Positions 62,928 through 64,000 of a DNA stretch of 64,000 nucleotides are shown one piece after another. Source of the DNA: Octopus vulgaris. Lineage: Eukaryota. The stretch lies in contig OX597825.1 in the NCBI GenBank assembly GCA_951406725.2, forward strand, positions 43,958,001 through 44,022,000, read 5' to 3'. Both the position numbers and the translations under genes were made by a program. Numbering within the stretch: the stretch's first letter is position 1; every line of letters starts with the position of its first letter. The notes beneath the pieces are model-generated. The model was not told the DNA's origin, made no database searches, and saw nothing but the letters and a program-made list of their open reading frames with translations.

Positions 62928-62968
<41 letters not shown>

Positions 62969-63240
62969 ATATTGCTGTCTGGTTGAGAAGTAAACTTCTC
63001 AATGTAGTTTCCAATACTTTGGTTTTCTGCACACCATCATGGGAAGATATATTCTAGTATAACACTAGATTGGCCTGTGCCTTGTGAGTTTAGTGGATAG
63101 AGTGTGTGGAAGCCTGTGGAGGTATGGTTGTATGGCTAAGAAGCATGTTTCTCAACCATGTAGTTTTGAATTCAGTCCCACGTCATTGTAGTGGGCATGT
63201 GAATGATGATGATGTTTGTGTGTATGTGCATGTGTGTGCG

Positions 63241-63289
<49 letters not shown>

Positions 63290-64000
63290 CATAGCTTGTG
63301 TAACTTGTCTTGCAAGTTATGTGGTCACCTCACAAGTGCTTCTGTCATGAAAGAAGCACTCAGTGTACTCTGTAAAGTGCTTGGCATTAGGAAGGGCATC
63401 CAACCATAGAAACTATGCCAAATCAGACACTGGAGCCTGGCTCTTCAGATCCTGCTAAGCAAGTTAACTTTCATACTTTTAAAAAGAGATAAACATCCCA
63501 TCTATTGTACATCCATTAATGCTATATTACCTGAAGAAATGAATCAGTGAAGATGACCAACCTGATACACATGGATACTACAGACTACGCTGTAATCATC
63601 CCAGGAATATGGACTGTGATCTTAAGAGACATTTGATGTGTTGAAACGTACATAGTAATGCTTTAAATGTTTATAAATTCCATCCAAGGATTAGTGTTAT
63701 TATTATTATAATATATATATAAATATAAAATTACATATCTATACATATAAATTTGACATGGACAATTCTTTCTTGTCTTGGGATTCATGGTCAAACAAAT
63801 GAGTGGAATTGTGCAAAAAATTACACAGGTATGTAGAATGATCCAGTGGTGATGCTGGGCTTTGTATTTTTTCATAGCTCCCATGGTTACCAAGATAATC
63901 TACTATAATAATACTTTTGTGTTTATGAATGAGAAAAGAAGGGGTGATAGATGAATAAGGAAAGGGTGATGTCATATTTTTTTCATACCTCCCATGGCTA

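Overview
AT-rich, repeat-dense eukaryotic (animal) DNA, not prokaryotic. The SINE families, RTE LINEs with (GAT)n tails and pervasive (TA)n/(TATG)n microsatellites look like an Octopus/coleoid cephalopod genome; this is inferred from recognition, not from a search. I found no intact host protein-coding gene. Every recognisable ORF belongs to a transposable element: three RTE-clade LINE families, a near-intact CR1-group ORF2 (37.6-40.6 kb), a Penelope GIY-YIG fragment, hAT/Buster, mariner, Tc1, pogo, Merlin and piggyBac relics, non-autonomous Helitrons and a MITE. Most of the remaining ORF track is microsatellite noise. Main points of interest: (1) several hammerhead-ribozyme motifs in Penelope-like terminal repeats, including a duplicated atypical one with a CCGAAGA core and a ~92-nt structured helix-II extension; (2) a SINE and a LINE sharing a 3' tail whose stem changes compensatorily; (3) a shift from CpG-rich to CpG-depleted DNA near 19-20 kb, a few kb downstream of a candidate first exon, suggesting the rest is methylated intron; (4) several fold-back palindromes, one with 230-bp arms; (5) a PHD-like finger inside an RTE ORF. 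Coordinates of old, degraded repeats are approximate. There is a 100-N assembly gap at 49476-49575.
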